From: a virus
Taxonomy: Duplodnaviria > Caudoviricetes
DNA length: 25,376 bases
Reading direction: 5' to 3' (one strand)
IMG/VR virus record: IMGVR_UViG_3300034812_000312
Location: 1-25,376 of that record
This document shows positions 23,801 to 25,376 of this stretch, one piece after another. Every line of letters starts with the position of its first letter. Position 1 is the stretch's first letter. Both the position numbers and the translations under genes were made by a program. The notes under the pieces were generated by a model. It made no database searches. It saw only the letters and a list, made by a program, of their open reading frames with translations, and was not told the DNA's origin.

Positions 23801-25376
23801 TTTTAATACATATACCATAAATTACACAACACAACCTGTACCATTCCCAGATACAATATTCTCATCTGATGTAGAATCATATTTGGGTAGAATTGATAGT
23901 ATCTATTTAACACAAGATGGCAAATTAAAGGTTGTAAATGGTGCTGATTCTTTAAATCCAAAGTCAACCGTGGATCCATCGGTCGGGTTATTAATTGGAT
24001 CCGTACAATTACCTCCTTATCTGAAGACTGTTCTTGATGCTAAAGTAAGTTTTGAAGATAACAGACAATATACGATGAGGGATATTGGTAAGATTGAACA
24101 AAGACTTTCCAATGTAGAAGACTATACAACTCTAAGTTTACTTGAATCTAATACTGTCAATTTAAATGTTTTAGATGAAGATGGTAAAAATAGATTTAAA
24201 AATGGATTTGTAGTAGATAATTTTAGGTCTACAAGTGTTGCTGACACAACAAATTATGATTACACAGCATCTATTGATTTAGATGAAGGTTGTGTGAGAC
24301 CATATCCATATGTAAATAATGTTGGATTTACTTTCAACACTACTAGTAGTACTTCTAGAAAAACTGGTCAATATGTAACTATTCCATATACCGAAGTTGC
24401 ATACGCAACTCAACCATATGCAAGTAGAGTAGAGAGTGCAACTCCATTCCTGTCTTTCTCTTATATTGGAGATATGACTCTGGATCCAAAGAAAGATATT
24501 TGGTATGATACTCAGAGAGAAGTTATAGAAGGTCAGAATATTGACCTTACTCAAAGTATCAGTACTTTATTTGATTTGGTTGTTCCAGGTGGTATTGTTT
24601 GGGGTGAATGGGATCGTGGCGCAGGTGGAACTACTCGTGTTGGTGGTGGTAGAAATGTTACAGATATTAGAACTGGAACTCAATATGATGTTGGAAGTCT
24701 AGATGTAGAATTAGAATCTGGTGACACTATTAATGATATTACAGATCTAAGATATGCAAGGTCTAGAATTGTTAATCTTTCTGTAAAAGCTTTAAAACAA
24801 CAAACAGATCATTCATTGTTTATCGGAAGTACAAATGCATCTAAATTTACATATCCAAAAGTACTTAGAAATTTAAAAAATGATAACAACAATAAATTTG
24901 TGATTGGTGAGGAAGTAAGACTATATCCGGCACTTGTATATACTCAAAGTGGAGTTGCTAGATGTATCCAAGAGGTTCCAAATAGTGATAGAAGGTTTAT
25001 TCAAGCTACTGTTCAAGATCCAAGAACATTCTTAAGTTCTAGTGAAATTTCATCAACAGATTTTGATAGTAATGGGTATACATCTAATACTACTATGTTG
25101 GTAATTGATAATATTAGAAACTGGGATAATGCAGACAGTCAAGTATCAGAACTTGGTGATGATTTTATCATCAGAGGTCAAACTTCATTAGCGAGAACTA
25201 GAGCTAATGGTGATAGAACTCAACAACTAACTTCTACTGCAAGTGGAGATCTAGAAGCATTTGTTATTATTCCACCAAATACTTTTGAAACTGGAGATTT
25301 AGAATTTAAGTTATCTGATGACCCAGATAATTTCCAGGTTAAGAATTTAACTGGTTCTTATGCAACTGGTGTTTAT
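20895..25376 (+). CDS. VrlC-like / DUF4815 virion structural protein, 3'-truncated (at least 1494 aa)
   Basis: Manual translation: MQDTNLKISPYFDDFDRSKNYQKILFKPGYSVQTRELNSVQSTLQNQIERFGQHVFKEGSVVIPG...; later PGADRLKI, LARRTFDESGDY, YTMRDIGKIEQRL, RFKNGFVVDNF. Same frame still open at the window end (PDNFQVKNLTGSYATGVY). Absent from the ORF track because there is no stop. Confidence 0.92.
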   Translation, partial: MQDTNLKISPYFDDFDRSKNYQKILFKPGYSVQTRELNSVQSTLQNQIERFGQHVFKEGSVVIPGNVHYDISFKAVLVQGLINGISVETYRNNMKGKIITGSSSGVKAEIVDTISAAESEKETITLYVKYLASGNIENDAQLSTFKNNEILVDADGTPLAVTSVQNATTYTGSSATITAGVYFIRGFFVEVATQKIILDQYSNKPSYKIGLQINESLITSDDDPSIFDNALGSTNFASPGADRLKIEPKLVKQNLTFSSNANFIELLRLENGKASLTALSEDSIYNELEKNLARRTFDESGDYTVKPYTFTVREALDDGTNNGVYKSGERIKDGRTIVRVASASDPADSIIGDDYYALELSPGKAYVKGFEVNTDRKQYAIVAKPRETNTVNNGGTPLNIGSYFKTQHSTVKGAITFPNAISLKDVDGNEIGRGIAVGLTEGKLYVTEISTYQTITITTGQAHNFSSNDLMTGVTSGATGFVKSVSGQSLTLQQVSGTFVTGEVVSNSRFTTGQPTISTISIEKLENVREIEKTSGGFEVQLQLEPVKISGSSFSVSSNSLSGIGTSFVEEISAKSKVRVGTNDVEVTSVTSSAVAMGSGIANGTYYDVKKLIAKFYTSNNGYTSRVSTRPVKNTTDNVVNKLVYTGEYVTSSNGDFIIQASPSETIDKSSVIITTATGLASAVNLVQPAGSNNVINVDTGESAGVPVSVYYNSRVSNPKVRKKELEKYTFLIVDKLKDGTSNDSNVYGTRVQDKEISLKFADVARIHRVHEAVRASDTTSVLLDSLILNTVSGLNVGDIIETSNIRAHIVSIDAANTKVYVTYESLKFQIGDNLAIPVSIPTNSDVGDIFVRQSLHGRYIDITDDFVFSRNDTPDIYKPSKLIRKETSAVPSKQFIVIFDYFKHTNLTNDFYSIESYGDLKYNDIPRSSLSTSMADIIDFRFYTPHSVISSATENGTFSKPHREVSNVFNTYTINYTTQPVPFPDTIFSSDVESYLGRIDSIYLTQDGKLKVVNGADSLNPKSTVDPSVGLLIGSVQLPPYLKTVLDAKVSFEDNRQYTMRDIGKIEQRLSNVEDYTTLSLLESNTVNLNVLDEDGKNRFKNGFVVDNFRSTSVADTTNYDYTASIDLDEGCVRPYPYVNNVGFTFNTTSSTSRKTGQYVTIPYTEVAYATQPYASRVESATPFLSFSYIGDMTLDPKKDIWYDTQREVIEGQNIDLTQSISTLFDLVVPGGIVWGEWDRGAGGTTRVGGGRNVTDIRTGTQYDVGSLDVELESGDTINDITDLRYARSRIVNLSVKALKQQTDHSLFIGSTNASKFTYPKVLRNLKNDNNNKFVIGEEVRLYPALVYTQSGVARCIQEVPNSDRRFIQATVQDPRTFLSSSEISSTDFDSNGYTSNTTMLVIDNIRNWDNADSQVSELGDDFIIRGQTSLARTRANGDRTQQLTSTASGDLEAFVIIPPNTFETGDLEFKLSDDPDNFQVKNLTGSYATGVY

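Larger units (their letters stand above)
1..25376 (+). other. T4-like myovirus (probably cyanophage) baseplate/virion structural module
   Basis: Order PAAR ... gp25-gp6-gp7-gp8-VrlC-like, giant repeat-rich gp7, AATAAATA late promoters and weak Shine-Dalgarno signals match cyanomyophage organisation. Host assignment is inference. Confidence 0.9.

Noticed and set aside
23967-23983. Imperfect palindrome ACCG-TGGATCCA-TCGGT
   Set aside because: Inside the coding sequence, no U-tract, single occurrence; compatible with chance.
1026-24554. Short minus-strand and off-frame ORFs in the track (e.g. 1026-1229, 1996-2223, 2426-2674, 3395-3661, 4968-5276, 12714-12941, 21527-21745, 24279-24554)
   Set aside because: They overlap long, motif-supported + strand genes, have no recognisable motifs, and look like antisense shadows of biased codon usage.

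Overview
AT-rich, gene-dense, all + strand segment of a T4-like myovirus, most likely a cyanomyophage (Kyanoviridae-like), covering the baseplate module. Gene order: large 5'-truncated virion protein (>1200 aa), PAAR/gp5.4-like spike tip, three small non-structural-looking genes (48, 218 and 53 aa; the 48- and 53-aa ORFs are missing from the ORF track), gp25, gp6, giant gp7 (about 3890 aa), gp8, and a 3'-truncated VrlC/DUF4815-type protein (20895 to the end, also missing from the track). T4-type late promoter motifs (AATAAATA) precede gp8 and the VrlC-like gene. A near-consensus sigma70 promoter (TTGACA-N17-TAAAAT) precedes the three-gene cassette. I found no RNA gene, CRISPR, mobile element, intron or intein. 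The most notable observations are (i) a four-level nested domain insertion in gp7, (ii) a sigma70-type three-gene cassette led by a very basic 48-aa peptide inside a late structural operon, and (iii) a 150-residue K/R/H-free acidic Pro-rich C-terminus on gp6. Family assignments come from motif recognition and synteny, not database searches, and I cannot establish that any of this is undescribed.
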